DNA of 64,000 nt from an uncultured Candidatus Saccharibacteria bacterium (GCA_964426385.1 CAYRQF010000005.1:11738-75737); one strand, 5' to 3'. Numbered from the stretch's first letter, positions 17,791 through 27,411 are shown. Translations and numbers: made by a program. The notes: generated from the letters alone by a model not told the origin.

Positions 17791-20700
17791 ATGAATACCT
17801 CTAAAAGGCCAAAAACAATAAGGATGATTTTTGTCGTTGCTTTTGCATTGGCTTTTTCGGCTTCTTGGAGTGTGGGGATCCTATACGCCGCCGCACCTAC
17901 CGTGACGACAGGCGCAGCGAGTTCGATAACTAAAACTACCGCCACACTTGATTATTCGATAAGTGATGACGGAGGAGAGGGTATTACTAGTAAAGGTTTT
18001 GAATACGGAACGACGCCTAGTTATGGATCTACGGCGACTACCATCGCCCCTTTTTTCTACGCCAATGATCAATTTTTTGGTGCGGGTGGAGCGTATACTG
18101 GCGAGGAAGGGCAACAATCTGACTCATTGGGTATTACACGAGATACGCTAGGGAATGTTTATGTTGCTGAGTATGGAGGTAACAGGATACAAAAATTTAA
18201 TTCTTCAGGTGTATTCCAATCTATGTTTGGCTGGGGTGTTGACACTGGTGCCAATGCTTTTGAGATATGTACATCAGGTTGTGAAGCTGCAATTTCGGGT
18301 AGTGGAAATGGTCAGTTTAATTTTCCGTCAGATATCGCGGTTGATTCTAGCGGGAATATATATGTTTTAGACTCCTCTAATAATCGAGTTCAAAAGTTCA
18401 ACTCGTCCTTCGCGTATCAATCTCAATTTGGAACACTAGGAGCATCTGAAGGGCAATTCGGTATTACGAATGGAATTGAAGTTGATGAATTAGACAATAT
18501 ATATATTGTTGATGCTTTGAATAATCGAATCCAAAAATTTAATTCTTCTGGCGTATTTCAATCTATGTTCGGTTGGGGTGTAGATACTGGTGCTAATGTT
18601 TTTGAGACTTGTACGTCTGGCTGCCAAGCCGGAATCTCTGGTAGTGGAAATGGTCAGTTTGATTTCTTAAATATTGACAATGGATTAAGCGGTGCTTCTG
18701 ACATCGCCTTTGATTCAGGTGGAAATATATATATTGTCGATTCTGGCAATAGTCGAATCCAAAAGTTTAGTTCTTCGGGTAATTATATATCTCAGTATGG
18801 AACATATGGTACAGGACAGGATGAATTTGTTGCTTTGCGTAGCATAACGATTGATCAAAATGATGATATTTATGCTATTTATGGTACAGATTTTGATCGA
18901 GTAAAAAAACTTGATTCAAATTACAATTTTTATTTTTCTTATATCGTAGGAGGACCGTTTAATTTGTATTCATCATTTGTAGATCTGCAGGGGAATCTTT
19001 TCTTGGGAGGTACTTCAGTAGTGGTTTTCTATGTGAGTCAACACCATGGAACAGTTGGTTTGTCTGGTTTAGCGTGCGGTACCACCTACCACTACCGCGC
19101 ATTTGCAACGAATGCTGATGGAACGAGTTACGGTAGTGATGCGACTTTTACAACTACCGCTTGCGACCTTCCAGTCGTCGAAACCAAAGCAGTACACGGT
19201 CTAAGTCAGACAGCTGTGTATTTAAATGGTATGGAGACGGATGACAGTGTTATTGCTTCGACTGTTCGAGGATTCCAGTATGGTACAACGACATCTTACG
19301 GTAATATCCTGAACGAAACGCCAGCCACGCTTAGTTTCGGGGAGTATATCGGAGAAAATGTAAGCTATAACATTAGTTTTGCCACGGCTATAGCCCGCGA
19401 TAGTGCGGGTCTAGATTATGTCGCATCCAAGAATGGTAACAGTGTGCAGGTCTATGATGCGGGGAGCGGCACACTTGTATTTGGTTGGGGCGTAGACACT
19501 GGGGCCAATAGTTTTGAGACGTGTGGTTTTGGTTGTGGGTTGCCGGGCGCTGGCATAGCGGGCTCAGGCGATGGTCAATTCGATGCACCAGAGGGTGTGG
19601 CCGTAGATCCAATAACAGGAAATATCTACGTTGCTGATACCGGCAACGACAGGATCCAGGTTTTCAACTCGACCGGCACTCTGATTCGTATGTTCGGCTG
19701 GGGAGTAGACACTGGCGCTAATGCATTCGAAGTTTGTACATCTAGTTGTCAGGCTGGAATCTCTGGGAACGGGGCAGGCCAATTTAACGCACCAAAAAGC
19801 CTAGCAATAACCCGAACTAACGGAACCACTTATTTATACGTAGTTGATTTTGGAAATAACAGGATACAGAAATTAACCACGCTTGGTGCCATGGTGGATG
19901 AGGTTGGCGGATTCAGTACTCCAGGGTCAATAACCGTGTCGCAGGACAACGAAATCCTGCTCGCTGATACGGGAAATAACAGGATAGTTTCAGTGAGTGC
20001 CTTTGATCTCGACACAGAGGTGATAACTCTAACCGAACCATCTGGCTGGACGGCCGTAACTTCTCCGACAGGGGTCGTCAAAGATGGTGATAATAACCTG
20101 ATTATCACCGAATCAGGAAATGACAGAGTTGTTTTCGCTGCACCTAATGGAAATTCTAGTCAGTATAAATATGTATCAGCATATGGCTCGACGGGTGCGG
20201 GAGAAAATCAGTTTGATACACCGACTAGCCTTTACTTGGATAATAGTGAGAGACTCGTTATCGCCGACTCGGCTAATAATCGTGTGTTACAACTCAGTCC
20301 ATTTATGTCCTCGAGACTGAAGCCTCTTCCTTGCAATACTTTGTATCACTATCGTGCATTTGCAACCAATACAGATGGCACTGGATATGGTAGCGATATG
20401 ACTTTTACGACATCAGCCTGTGGAACATCGACCGGGTCTGGCGGTGGACCAAGTGGTCCACCAGAAGGTTGTATGGACTCGCTCGCTGCGAACTATGACC
20501 CCGACGCTGAGGTAGATGACGGCTCTTGTGTATATCCAGTCTATGGCTGTACCGATGTATTCGCTGACAACTTCAACCCAGTTGCTACAGATGACGATGG
20601 CACATGTACGTACACCACTCCAGGTCCTGGATGTATGAACCCGCTGGCGACGAACTATAATCCTGTGGCTACATCTGATAATGGTACGTGTATTTTTCCG

Positions 20701-21927
20701 GGTGATGACGATGATGACGACCCTCCAACAGATGACCCTGTTCCTGGATGTGCCGACTCTTTTGCTGACAACTACAACTCTCTCGCCACAGAAGATGACG
20801 GCTCATGCCAATACACTCTAGATGATCCGACAGATGGACCGTCGATGTTAGGTTGTACAAATTCGTCCGCAACGAACTACAACGCCAGCGCCACGACGAA
20901 TGATGGCTCGTGTATTTTCCCAGAGAGTGACCCACCGATAATCACGACCATCGTCGAGGTTGTCGAGGATATAACAGGTCTCGATCGTGATGAGCAGATA
21001 GATGTATACAAAGGTGTCGCTCTCGGAGCGCTCATTATCCCTACGGTATGGATGATGATCGCCGAGCGTTCGGCGATAGCCTCCGTCATACTTCGCCTAT
21101 GGAACATCATCCCGACGCTTCTCGGATTCCGCAGACGCCGTCGTCCATGGGGTACGGTTTATGACTCTGTGACGAAACAACCTCTCGATCCAGTCTATGT
21201 GACCCTGCGGGACAAGGCCGGTAATGAAGTCAGCACCTCCATCACCGATATGGATGGACGCTATGGATTCGTGACTGATGTCGGATCGTACGTGCTCGAC
21301 GCCAAGAAGGGTGACTATACATTCCCTTCAGCCAAACTAAAGGGTCAGGACCATGACGAACTATATGAGCATCTGTACTTCGGCGAGGAGATAGATATCG
21401 ACAAGGCGGATAGTATCATCAATAAAAATATCCCGATGGATGCAGTCAACTTCAACTGGAATGAGTTCGAGAAGGCGAAGAACAAGAAATTGATGAAGTT
21501 CTTCTCTAGATGGGAACTCTTTCTCGCGCGTATCGCACGAGTCGTATTCTTCGCCGGACTTGTGGCCTCTGTTATGTTGGCATTCCTAGAGCCTCATTTC
21601 TGGAACTACGCGATACTCGGACTCTACATACTCATTGTCGTTCTCATGCTCTCTGGAGTGAAGCCACGTCAGCCAGGATTCGTCATTGAGCGTTCGACTG
21701 GCTACCCATTATCATTCGCTATCCTCACGGTCTACTCGGCGATGCTGAAAAGGGAGGTCGCGCACACCATCGTCGGCAAAACAGGCAAGTATCATGTACT
21801 CGTGCCAAAGGGTAGGTATTACATAAAACTTCAGAAGAAGACCGGTGAGCAGACATACGAAGACATTTATATTTCAGATGAGTTCAATGTCAGGAAGGGT
21901 TATATTGATAAGGTGATTAAGATTTAA
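17791..21927 (+). CDS. Giant surface protein (1378 aa): signal peptide, two (FN3-like, NHL beta-propeller, HYRAFATN module) units, five Cys-bounded ~40-aa repeats, then a multi-TM C-terminus with CarboxypepD_reg-like domains
   Basis: NHL repeats (…GNRIQKFNSSGVFQSMFGWGVDTGANAFEICTSGCEAAISGSGNGQF…). CGTTYHYRAFATNADGTSYGSD and CNTLYHYRAFATNTDGTGYGSD. Five repeats C[MTA]DxxAxN[YF]NxxAxxDDG[ST]C. Several hydrophobic helices after aa ~1090. WGTVYDSVTKQPLDPVYVTLRDKAGNEV…. Confidence 0.8.
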   Translation: MNTSKRPKTIRMIFVVAFALAFSASWSVGILYAAAPTVTTGAASSITKTTATLDYSISDDGGEGITSKGFEYGTTPSYGSTATTIAPFFYANDQFFGAGGAYTGEEGQQSDSLGITRDTLGNVYVAEYGGNRIQKFNSSGVFQSMFGWGVDTGANAFEICTSGCEAAISGSGNGQFNFPSDIAVDSSGNIYVLDSSNNRVQKFNSSFAYQSQFGTLGASEGQFGITNGIEVDELDNIYIVDALNNRIQKFNSSGVFQSMFGWGVDTGANVFETCTSGCQAGISGSGNGQFDFLNIDNGLSGASDIAFDSGGNIYIVDSGNSRIQKFSSSGNYISQYGTYGTGQDEFVALRSITIDQNDDIYAIYGTDFDRVKKLDSNYNFYFSYIVGGPFNLYSSFVDLQGNLFLGGTSVVVFYVSQHHGTVGLSGLACGTTYHYRAFATNADGTSYGSDATFTTTACDLPVVETKAVHGLSQTAVYLNGMETDDSVIASTVRGFQYGTTTSYGNILNETPATLSFGEYIGENVSYNISFATAIARDSAGLDYVASKNGNSVQVYDAGSGTLVFGWGVDTGANSFETCGFGCGLPGAGIAGSGDGQFDAPEGVAVDPITGNIYVADTGNDRIQVFNSTGTLIRMFGWGVDTGANAFEVCTSSCQAGISGNGAGQFNAPKSLAITRTNGTTYLYVVDFGNNRIQKLTTLGAMVDEVGGFSTPGSITVSQDNEILLADTGNNRIVSVSAFDLDTEVITLTEPSGWTAVTSPTGVVKDGDNNLIITESGNDRVVFAAPNGNSSQYKYVSAYGSTGAGENQFDTPTSLYLDNSERLVIADSANNRVLQLSPFMSSRLKPLPCNTLYHYRAFATNTDGTGYGSDMTFTTSACGTSTGSGGGPSGPPEGCMDSLAANYDPDAEVDDGSCVYPVYGCTDVFADNFNPVATDDDGTCTYTTPGPGCMNPLATNYNPVATSDNGTCIFPGDDDDDDPPTDDPVPGCADSFADNYNSLATEDDGSCQYTLDDPTDGPSMLGCTNSSATNYNASATTNDGSCIFPESDPPIITTIVEVVEDITGLDRDEQIDVYKGVALGALIIPTVWMMIAERSAIASVILRLWNIIPTLLGFRRRRRPWGTVYDSVTKQPLDPVYVTLRDKAGNEVSTSITDMDGRYGFVTDVGSYVLDAKKGDYTFPSAKLKGQDHDELYEHLYFGEEIDIDKADSIINKNIPMDAVNFNWNEFEKAKNKKLMKFFSRWELFLARIARVVFFAGLVASVMLAFLEPHFWNYAILGLYILIVVLMLSGVKPRQPGFVIERSTGYPLSFAILTVYSAMLKREVAHTIVGKTGKYHVLVPKGRYYIKLQKKTGEQTYEDIYISDEFNVRKGYIDKVIKI

Positions 21928-21952
21928 GAAGTAAGATTTAGGATTTAAGAAT
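21921..21952. repeat. Copy of a ~30-bp AT-rich motif also found upstream of rpoB (reverse complement of 42685-42714, 29/31 identical)
   Basis: gatttaagaagtaagatttaggatttaagaat; its reverse complement attcttaaatcctaaatcttacttcttaaatc matches tcttaaatcctaaatcttaattcttaaatc at 42685-42714. Confidence 0.5.
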
Positions 21953-21983
21953 GCGAAAGGCCCCTCATCGAGGGGCCTTCGCC
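21953..21983. terminator. Bidirectional terminator hairpin (gcgaaaggcccctc-atcg-gaggggcctttcgc-like)
   Basis: GC-rich 12-bp stem between the convergent genes ending at 21927 (+) and 21997 (-). Confidence 0.6.
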
Positions 21984-21996
21984 ATAGCCAGAGGGG

Positions 21997-23097
21997 CTAT
22001 GGAGTGTGGATGACGAGCCTAACGGTTTCGCCTACCTGCGTTTGCAGAAAGTAGATACCGGGCTTATCAAAAAAGTGCTGTACGCTCACGTTGCCAGTCC
22101 GTCGACCGAGTACGTCGAGCTGTGTTGTGGGCTTACCGTCCCATGAGACCCAAGAGCCTACAGGGTAGTTCAGTGTGCCAACCTCTTGGAACTGTACTGC
22201 CACAACGTGTGACAGAGTCGAGTCGCCGTTCCAGTCGGTTTGCTTCAGCTGGTAGTAGTTGAGTCCGGGTAAGGGCTCGTCGTCTACGAAACTGTAGCTG
22301 ATCGCGGAGGTGCTGTTGCCAGCGCCATCAACGAAGCCGATTGGCTCGTAGTTCTCTGCATTCGCAGAACGCAGCAACGTGAAGTAGTCGTTCTCTCGCT
22401 CAGTTGCCGTGGTCCAATCAAGCTGTACACCGTCGAGTGTCTTGTGCCCAGTGAAGGACAGCAATTCGATGGGGAGGTTGAATACGTTTTGGAGATGGCC
22501 GTAGATACGAACCTTATCGATTCTCCAAGTTCCCGCAGAATTGAAGACAGGTCCGGTGTAGTAAGAATAAAACCGGAACTGTATTGGAAAAGCTGAAGTT
22601 GGAAGGCCGGTTGTTCTTGAGCTCCTTCTCCAGGAAACATCTCCAATGTTTAGGCTGTACCAAGAATTAGCCGCGTAGGCATCGGCGCTAGTTCGCATTC
22701 TTGTCGAGTCTGGCCCTTGATTACTCTTGGCAGAGTAGTAATTGATCGAATCAATCACCAGCACCTGCCCTGAGACTACCGTAAGGGTAAAACTCATGTA
22801 CTTACCCGTATTCAGAGTCTGTGACCAGCTTGATGCGATCCTCGCACGACTACCAGCTGGCGGTGTGTGACCACTAGAGAAGAAGCCACCGGACACCTGA
22901 GATACACCAGTCGATCCGAAGTTTCCTGCTGATGACAAGACCAAGTAGTTCACATACGAAGGCCTTACGGCACCCGTTGTTGCACTTACTGGTGAGGCGA
23001 TAGTGTCGAAGTCGTACACAGCGATTAGTACCGCTGGCTGAGCTAGTGTTGTCGTGGAGTAGAGATACCCCAGGACAGCGATGACAATGTACTTCAT
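21997..23097 (-). CDS. Secreted protein (366 aa) with the same conserved C-terminal module and a T9SS Por-secretion-tail-like end as the 341..2095 protein
   Basis: Signal peptide MKYIVIAVLGYLYSTTTLAQP. NLPIELLSFTGHK…LDWTTATERENDYFTLLRS…YYQLKQTDWNGD…; tail …LDVLGRRTGNVSV…PGIYFLQTQVGETVRLVIHTP. Confidence 0.7.
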   Translation of the reverse strand: MKYIVIAVLGYLYSTTTLAQPAVLIAVYDFDTIASPVSATTGAVRPSYVNYLVLSSAGNFGSTGVSQVSGGFFSSGHTPPAGSRARIASSWSQTLNTGKYMSFTLTVVSGQVLVIDSINYYSAKSNQGPDSTRMRTSADAYAANSWYSLNIGDVSWRRSSRTTGLPTSAFPIQFRFYSYYTGPVFNSAGTWRIDKVRIYGHLQNVFNLPIELLSFTGHKTLDGVQLDWTTATERENDYFTLLRSANAENYEPIGFVDGAGNSTSAISYSFVDDEPLPGLNYYQLKQTDWNGDSTLSHVVAVQFQEVGTLNYPVGSWVSWDGKPTTQLDVLGRRTGNVSVQHFFDKPGIYFLQTQVGETVRLVIHTP

Positions 23098-23217
23098 CGT
23101 GGTTGGGGTTAGGTGAGTGTTTCCGTATCTTTAATCTCACAATAACATCTATTTATAAAAAATCAACCCCCATATTTGCGCTCATCCGACATCTTAAATC
23201 CCGTTTTTTCCCGCAGT

Positions 23218-23250
23218 CTTGTTTCTATAAAAAAGCGGTCGTGTAATTAT
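23218..23250. promoter_or_regulatory. 33-bp motif cttgtTtctataaaaaagcggtcgtgtAaTtat in the upstream region of the 21997..23097 gene. It is a direct repeat of 23831-23863.
   Basis: 30/33 identity with the second copy. This copy also has a 10-bp inverted repeat tgtttctata/tatagaaaca with a 19-bp spacer (23220-23258). Confidence 0.5.
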
Positions 23251-23260
23251 AGAAACAGGA

Positions 23261-23812
23261 TTATTTCTTTGGGAAGTAATGTTGTCTTATCGCGCGATCA
23301 TTTTCTATCAATTGGACTTTCATATACAGAACTTCTTTGCCGAATTTGAAATTAGTTTTAAGTAATAAAATTATCTCTTCACAGTCATATGGAAAAACCC
23401 AAACACTTTTCTGTAGTTGAATAAAACCAATCTTTTTCAAATGAAATCTGACGATATCTCGTAATCGTCTTTTTTGTTCAGGGATATCAAAAATTACCAC
23501 CCTCCAATGCTTGTCCCAAATCTTAGGTTTCATGAATGAAACTTTCTGATATTTTAAAAATTCCAATCTGCCTCTTGGTGTTAAGGAGAGATATTTTTTG
23601 CCGCTCTTGTTTTCTACAAACTTTATATGACCGTTCTTTAAAAGGGAATACAGGCTATTGTTAAGTTTGTAGTTACTTTGTTGCTGTTTCCGTCTGTCGG
23701 ATATTTTTAGTAATTGTAGTGCGTTAGGAGCTATCATCGCTACCGTTATGAGCGCGGAAGTAGCGACAATTTTCAGAATGAGGCTTTTATACTTTATACG
23801 ACTGGTTTCCAT
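23261..23812 (-). CDS. PaaX-family-like protein (183 aa): N-terminal TM helix, winged-helix segment and a Cas2/VapD-like fold domain
   Basis: TM helix LILKIVATSALITVAMIAP. LLKNGHIKFVENKSGKKYLSLTPRGRLEF resembles PaaX/PadR-type wHTH. WRVVIFDIPEQKRRLRDIVRFHLKKIGFIQLQKSVWVFP resembles the PaaX middle / Cas2-like core. Confidence 0.5.
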   Translation of the reverse strand: METSRIKYKSLILKIVATSALITVAMIAPNALQLLKISDRRKQQQSNYKLNNSLYSLLKNGHIKFVENKSGKKYLSLTPRGRLEFLKYQKVSFMKPKIWDKHWRVVIFDIPEQKRRLRDIVRFHLKKIGFIQLQKSVWVFPYDCEEIILLLKTNFKFGKEVLYMKVQLIENDRAIRQHYFPKK

Positions 23813-23830
23813 ATAAAAATATTACGCCAT

Positions 23831-23863
23831 CTTGTCTCTATAAAAAAGCGGTCGTGTGAATAT
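23831..23863. promoter_or_regulatory. Second copy of the 33-bp motif, 20 nt upstream of the ATG of the PaaX-like gene
   Basis: cttgtCtctataaaaaagcggtcgtgtGaAtat. Confidence 0.5.
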
Positions 23864-23907
23864 CGTGACAGAGTAATTAAGATAGGTTGATGGACCTGAA
23901 ATGAGAA

Positions 23908-23930
23908 GTGCCCCGGCGTGGCCGGGGCAC
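23908..23930 (-). terminator. Intrinsic terminator (gtgccccggc-gtg-gccggggcac)
   Basis: 10-bp perfect GC stem downstream of the stop of the 23953..24564 gene on the minus strand. Confidence 0.55.
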
Positions 23931-23952
23931 TTATTCGGCAGGCGAACCTGCG

Positions 23953-24564
23953 TTATTTCTTTCGGTAAACGAACTTCCGGTCTGTGTGCGACACATCATC
24001 GAGCCAGGCGCGCTTTTGGCCTGAGCCCGGGAGCCATTTACCCATTCCTGTAGCCACATGGCCATAGGTCACTCGAGCGAACTCAACATCCGTGTCGTTG
24101 TACACTGGTACTACGAGATCGGCGTGGCCAATGAAGATGCTCTCACCTTGTTTCATGAGCTCAAGCAATCGGAGCGCAACACGCATATTGCAGGGTTCAT
24201 ATCCGGCAGAATCGGCTCGACGATTCATCTCGCTGAGATCGAGTCGATCCTCGGAGACTCCGAGGTCATTCGCCGAGAAGAGTCGCAACCGAGCGTTACC
24301 TATGCGGTCACCGAGCGCAGGTGCAGGGAAATCATATGTCCGAGCCCATTCACAGGGACAGTTCTCGTCCTTGTTGTCGGAGGCTGCGGTTTTTTTGAAT
24401 ACTGTCTTCAGGTGTTCACAGTATTGCTCGGTGGACGTGAACTTCGCCGTTTCGCTGAGGTCCAGCATTGTCCAGTCACTCTGGCCAACGGCAGTGCCAC
24501 AGGTCAGGAGTTGGAAACACAGAAGGATGGCGTAGCTTTTCAAGGCATTGAGTCGGTTCTTCAT
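23953..24564 (-). CDS. Secreted hypothetical protein (203 aa)
   Basis: Signal peptide MKNRLNALKSYAILLCFQLLTCGTAVGQ. The plus-strand overlapping ORFs are antisense artefacts. Confidence 0.6.
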   Translation of the reverse strand: MKNRLNALKSYAILLCFQLLTCGTAVGQSDWTMLDLSETAKFTSTEQYCEHLKTVFKKTAASDNKDENCPCEWARTYDFPAPALGDRIGNARLRLFSANDLGVSEDRLDLSEMNRRADSAGYEPCNMRVALRLLELMKQGESIFIGHADLVVPVYNDTDVEFARVTYGHVATGMGKWLPGSGQKRAWLDDVSHTDRKFVYRKK

Positions 24565-24747
24565 CAGTGGTTAAGGTTTGGCTATATACTACATAAAAAC
24601 TGGGATTTGTCAAGGATTTATCCTATAAAATATGATTGATTTGTCTGAGTTTTTATACCCAAAATCGCTTCCAAAAGGGTATATAATTTGCTATAATTTT
24701 GGAGCTTTTAAAGAGCTTTTTTCATTTAATCCACTCATCAATATCTA

Positions 24748-26802
24748 ATGGCCGAAAAGGTAAAATCTAGCTACAGCGCAGACGATATCTCAGTTCTCGA
24801 GGGTCTTGAACCTGTCCGTAAACGCCCGGGTATGTACATCGGCTCGACAGGGCCTGACGGACTCCACCACCTCATCAAGGAAATCTTCGACAACTCTCGC
24901 GATGAGGCTATGGCCGGACACTGCGACCATATCGAAGTTGCGCTTCTTCCAGGCAACATCGTTCGCGTCGCCGACAACGGCCGAGGTATCCCGACAGACA
25001 TACATAAGCAGACGAAAGTCTCTGCGCTCGAAACTATCCTCACCGTTCTCCATGCCGGAGGAAAATTCGGTGGCAAGGATAAAGGCTACAAGGTTTCTGG
25101 CGGACTCCACGGAGTGGGTGCTTCCGTTGTTAACGCTCTATCTATAAACCTAAAAGCCGAAGTTCATCGTGATGGTGGCAAATTTATCCAGGAGTACTCC
25201 AAAGGCAAGCCGAAGGGTAAAGTAAAAGAGGTTGCCAAATCAAAAATTCACGGAACCATCATCGCTTTCGAGCCAGATATAGAGATATTCAAAGAAGTAA
25301 AATTCGACTGGAACAGGATAGTGCACCACTATCGCGAGCAGGCATACCTGGTAAAGAAGCTACGCATCACCCTCATCGATGCACGTGCTTATGATGGCAA
25401 GATCCCAACGGACGGATACTATTATTTCCAAGAGACCGGTATAGAGGTACCATCGACTACTTTCTACTTCGAGGGTGGTATCGAGTCTATGGTCGCACAC
25501 TACAACAAAGACCAGAAGAAAGTTCAGGACAAGATATTCTACGTCGAGAAAGAAGTCGATGATATCTCTGTAGAGATCGCGCTCCAGTACGTCGACGACA
25601 TCGTTGACCGTATCGTGCCATTCGCGAACAACATCTCAACTCCAGGTGGAGGTATGCATGTCACCGGCTTCAAGACTGCGCTTACACGTCTCATAAACAA
25701 TTACTCCAAGAAGAACAATATTCTTAACGAAAAAGAAGGTGGATTCACTGGCGAGGATGTTCTCGAGGGTCTAACGGCTGTAATCTCCATCAAGATGCCA
25801 GAGATCCAGTTCGAGGGTCAGACCAAGGACAAACTAGGTTCTCCTGAAGCTCGTGGAGCAGTCGAGACAGTTTTCTCGGCAGCATTTTCGAACTTCCTCG
25901 AGGAAAACCCTGACGAAGCTCGCTCTATCATGCAGAAAGCTGTACTCGCCCTCAAAGCCCGCAAGGCTGCCAAAGCTGCCAAGGACTCAGTTCTCCGCAA
26001 AGGTGCCCTAGAGGGTCTCACACTTCCAGGTAAACTAGCGGACTGTCAGTCGAAGGATCCGAGTGAGTCAGAGCTATTCATCGTCGAGGGAGACTCTGCC
26101 GGAGGCTCGACCAAGATGGGACGAGACCGCCGTACGCAGGCCGTGCTTCCGCTCAAAGGTAAAATCCTAAACGTCGAACGTGCTCGTCTCGACAAGATGC
26201 TCGCTTCGAAGGAGGTGAAGTCTCTCGTCATCGCTCTCGGTACATCTATCGGAGACACTTTCGACCTCGCATCTATCCGATACCACAAGATCATCATCGC
26301 GACCGATGCCGACGTCGACGGAGCGCACATCCGCACACTTCTCCTCACGTTGTTTTATAGGTATTTCAAACCAGTCATCGAGGCAGGGTACATCTATATC
26401 GCTCAGCCACCACTCTACAAGATAACAAAAGGTAAAACCGTCACATATCTATACTCTGACGCTGACAAGAATGCATTCCTGAACCAGGAGGGTGTCCGTG
26501 ATGAAGACCTAAAAGAAGCAGGTGATCCGGACGGGGAAGCAGCACAGATCGTAAATGATGAGAACGAGCTCGATGTGAAGAAGCCGAAATTCTCTGTTCA
26601 GCGATACAAGGGTCTCGGAGAAATGAACCCAGAGGAACTCAAGGAAACAACGATGGACGTAAACAACAGAATCTTACTCCAGGTAAAAATCGAAGACGCT
26701 GTTGAAGCCGACAAGACGTTCGATACGCTCATGGGATCAGAAGTCCCTCCACGCAAGTCATTCATTCAGTCCAACGCCAAGATGGCGGAGATTGATATAT
26801 AA
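24748..26802 (+). CDS. gyrB: DNA gyrase subunit B (type IIA topoisomerase ATPase subunit)
   Basis: GHKL ATPase motifs (HHLIKEIFDNSRDEAMAG…NGRGIP), Toprim EGDSAGGS, C-terminal GyrB tail; 684 aa. Confidence 0.85.
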   Translation: MAEKVKSSYSADDISVLEGLEPVRKRPGMYIGSTGPDGLHHLIKEIFDNSRDEAMAGHCDHIEVALLPGNIVRVADNGRGIPTDIHKQTKVSALETILTVLHAGGKFGGKDKGYKVSGGLHGVGASVVNALSINLKAEVHRDGGKFIQEYSKGKPKGKVKEVAKSKIHGTIIAFEPDIEIFKEVKFDWNRIVHHYREQAYLVKKLRITLIDARAYDGKIPTDGYYYFQETGIEVPSTTFYFEGGIESMVAHYNKDQKKVQDKIFYVEKEVDDISVEIALQYVDDIVDRIVPFANNISTPGGGMHVTGFKTALTRLINNYSKKNNILNEKEGGFTGEDVLEGLTAVISIKMPEIQFEGQTKDKLGSPEARGAVETVFSAAFSNFLEENPDEARSIMQKAVLALKARKAAKAAKDSVLRKGALEGLTLPGKLADCQSKDPSESELFIVEGDSAGGSTKMGRDRRTQAVLPLKGKILNVERARLDKMLASKEVKSLVIALGTSIGDTFDLASIRYHKIIIATDADVDGAHIRTLLLTLFYRYFKPVIEAGYIYIAQPPLYKITKGKTVTYLYSDADKNAFLNQEGVRDEDLKEAGDPDGEAAQIVNDENELDVKKPKFSVQRYKGLGEMNPEELKETTMDVNNRILLQVKIEDAVEADKTFDTLMGSEVPPRKSFIQSNAKMAEIDI

Positions 26803-26838
26803 GTAAAAAAAGTATTATAAATTTATTCATTTAAAATT

Positions 26839-27360
26839 ATGGGAATGGAAAATGGGGGTTCAATGGATCAAGGAAAAGAAAGAAAAGACCAACTTCGATC
26901 ACAAGAAGACGTGACTCCCGATTATGAAAAGATGTTGCCTGAAATTTTTGATCCTAATACGGATAAAGAATTTCAAGGTTGGCTAGTTCAAAATCAGCTC
27001 GGTCTTACAGCATATTCTGTGGCAACTTATGCTAAGCAAGAACTTGCCGCTAAATTTTACTTACCAGATGTTCGATACATGAGATATGTGAAGGGTTTTA
27101 AACAGGCTATCCCAGACAGATTAAAGGCTCTGGAAGATAATAGTAGAAGTAACTCGTATTATCTTGCAGGTTCAGCCTTTGTTGATCAAGAAGGAGGTGT
27201 CCATATGCCGTATATGGGTTGGTCGGGTGAGGGGGGTTGGAGTAATTTTCCTAAAAATCATAACTGGAATGATGATAAGCGACTCGACGTGGGATCTAAC
27301 GGTAAGTTACTCCTTTTAAAAGAGGAAACAGAACAGGAAGGAGAAGTTGAAAAGGATTAA
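26839..27360 (+). CDS. Hypothetical protein (173 aa)
   Basis: Protein-like ORF following gyrB; no recognisable motifs. Terminator at 27370-27392. Confidence 0.5.
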   Translation: MGMENGGSMDQGKERKDQLRSQEDVTPDYEKMLPEIFDPNTDKEFQGWLVQNQLGLTAYSVATYAKQELAAKFYLPDVRYMRYVKGFKQAIPDRLKALEDNSRSNSYYLAGSAFVDQEGGVHMPYMGWSGEGGWSNFPKNHNWNDDKRLDVGSNGKLLLLKEETEQEGEVEKD

Positions 27361-27369
27361 ATAATAACA

Positions 27370-27392
27370 AAAAATCCCGTGAGGGATTTTTT
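27370..27392 (+). terminator. Intrinsic terminator (aaaaatccc-gtga-gggattttttg)
   Basis: Stem flanked by an A-run and a T-run. Confidence 0.55.
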
Positions 27393-27411
27393 GTTTATAA
27401 CTTATTGTTGC

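Noticed and set aside
24058-24639. Plus-strand ORFs (193 aa and 147 aa) antisense to the 203-aa secreted protein gene
   Set aside because: No signal peptide or recognisable motifs. The minus-strand gene has a signal peptide and its own terminator.
24565-24747. Possible oriC / DnaA boxes in the AT-rich spacer upstream of gyrB
   Set aside because: Only one weak TTATCC-like match. There is no dnaA/dnaN nearby and no cluster of TTATCCACA boxes.
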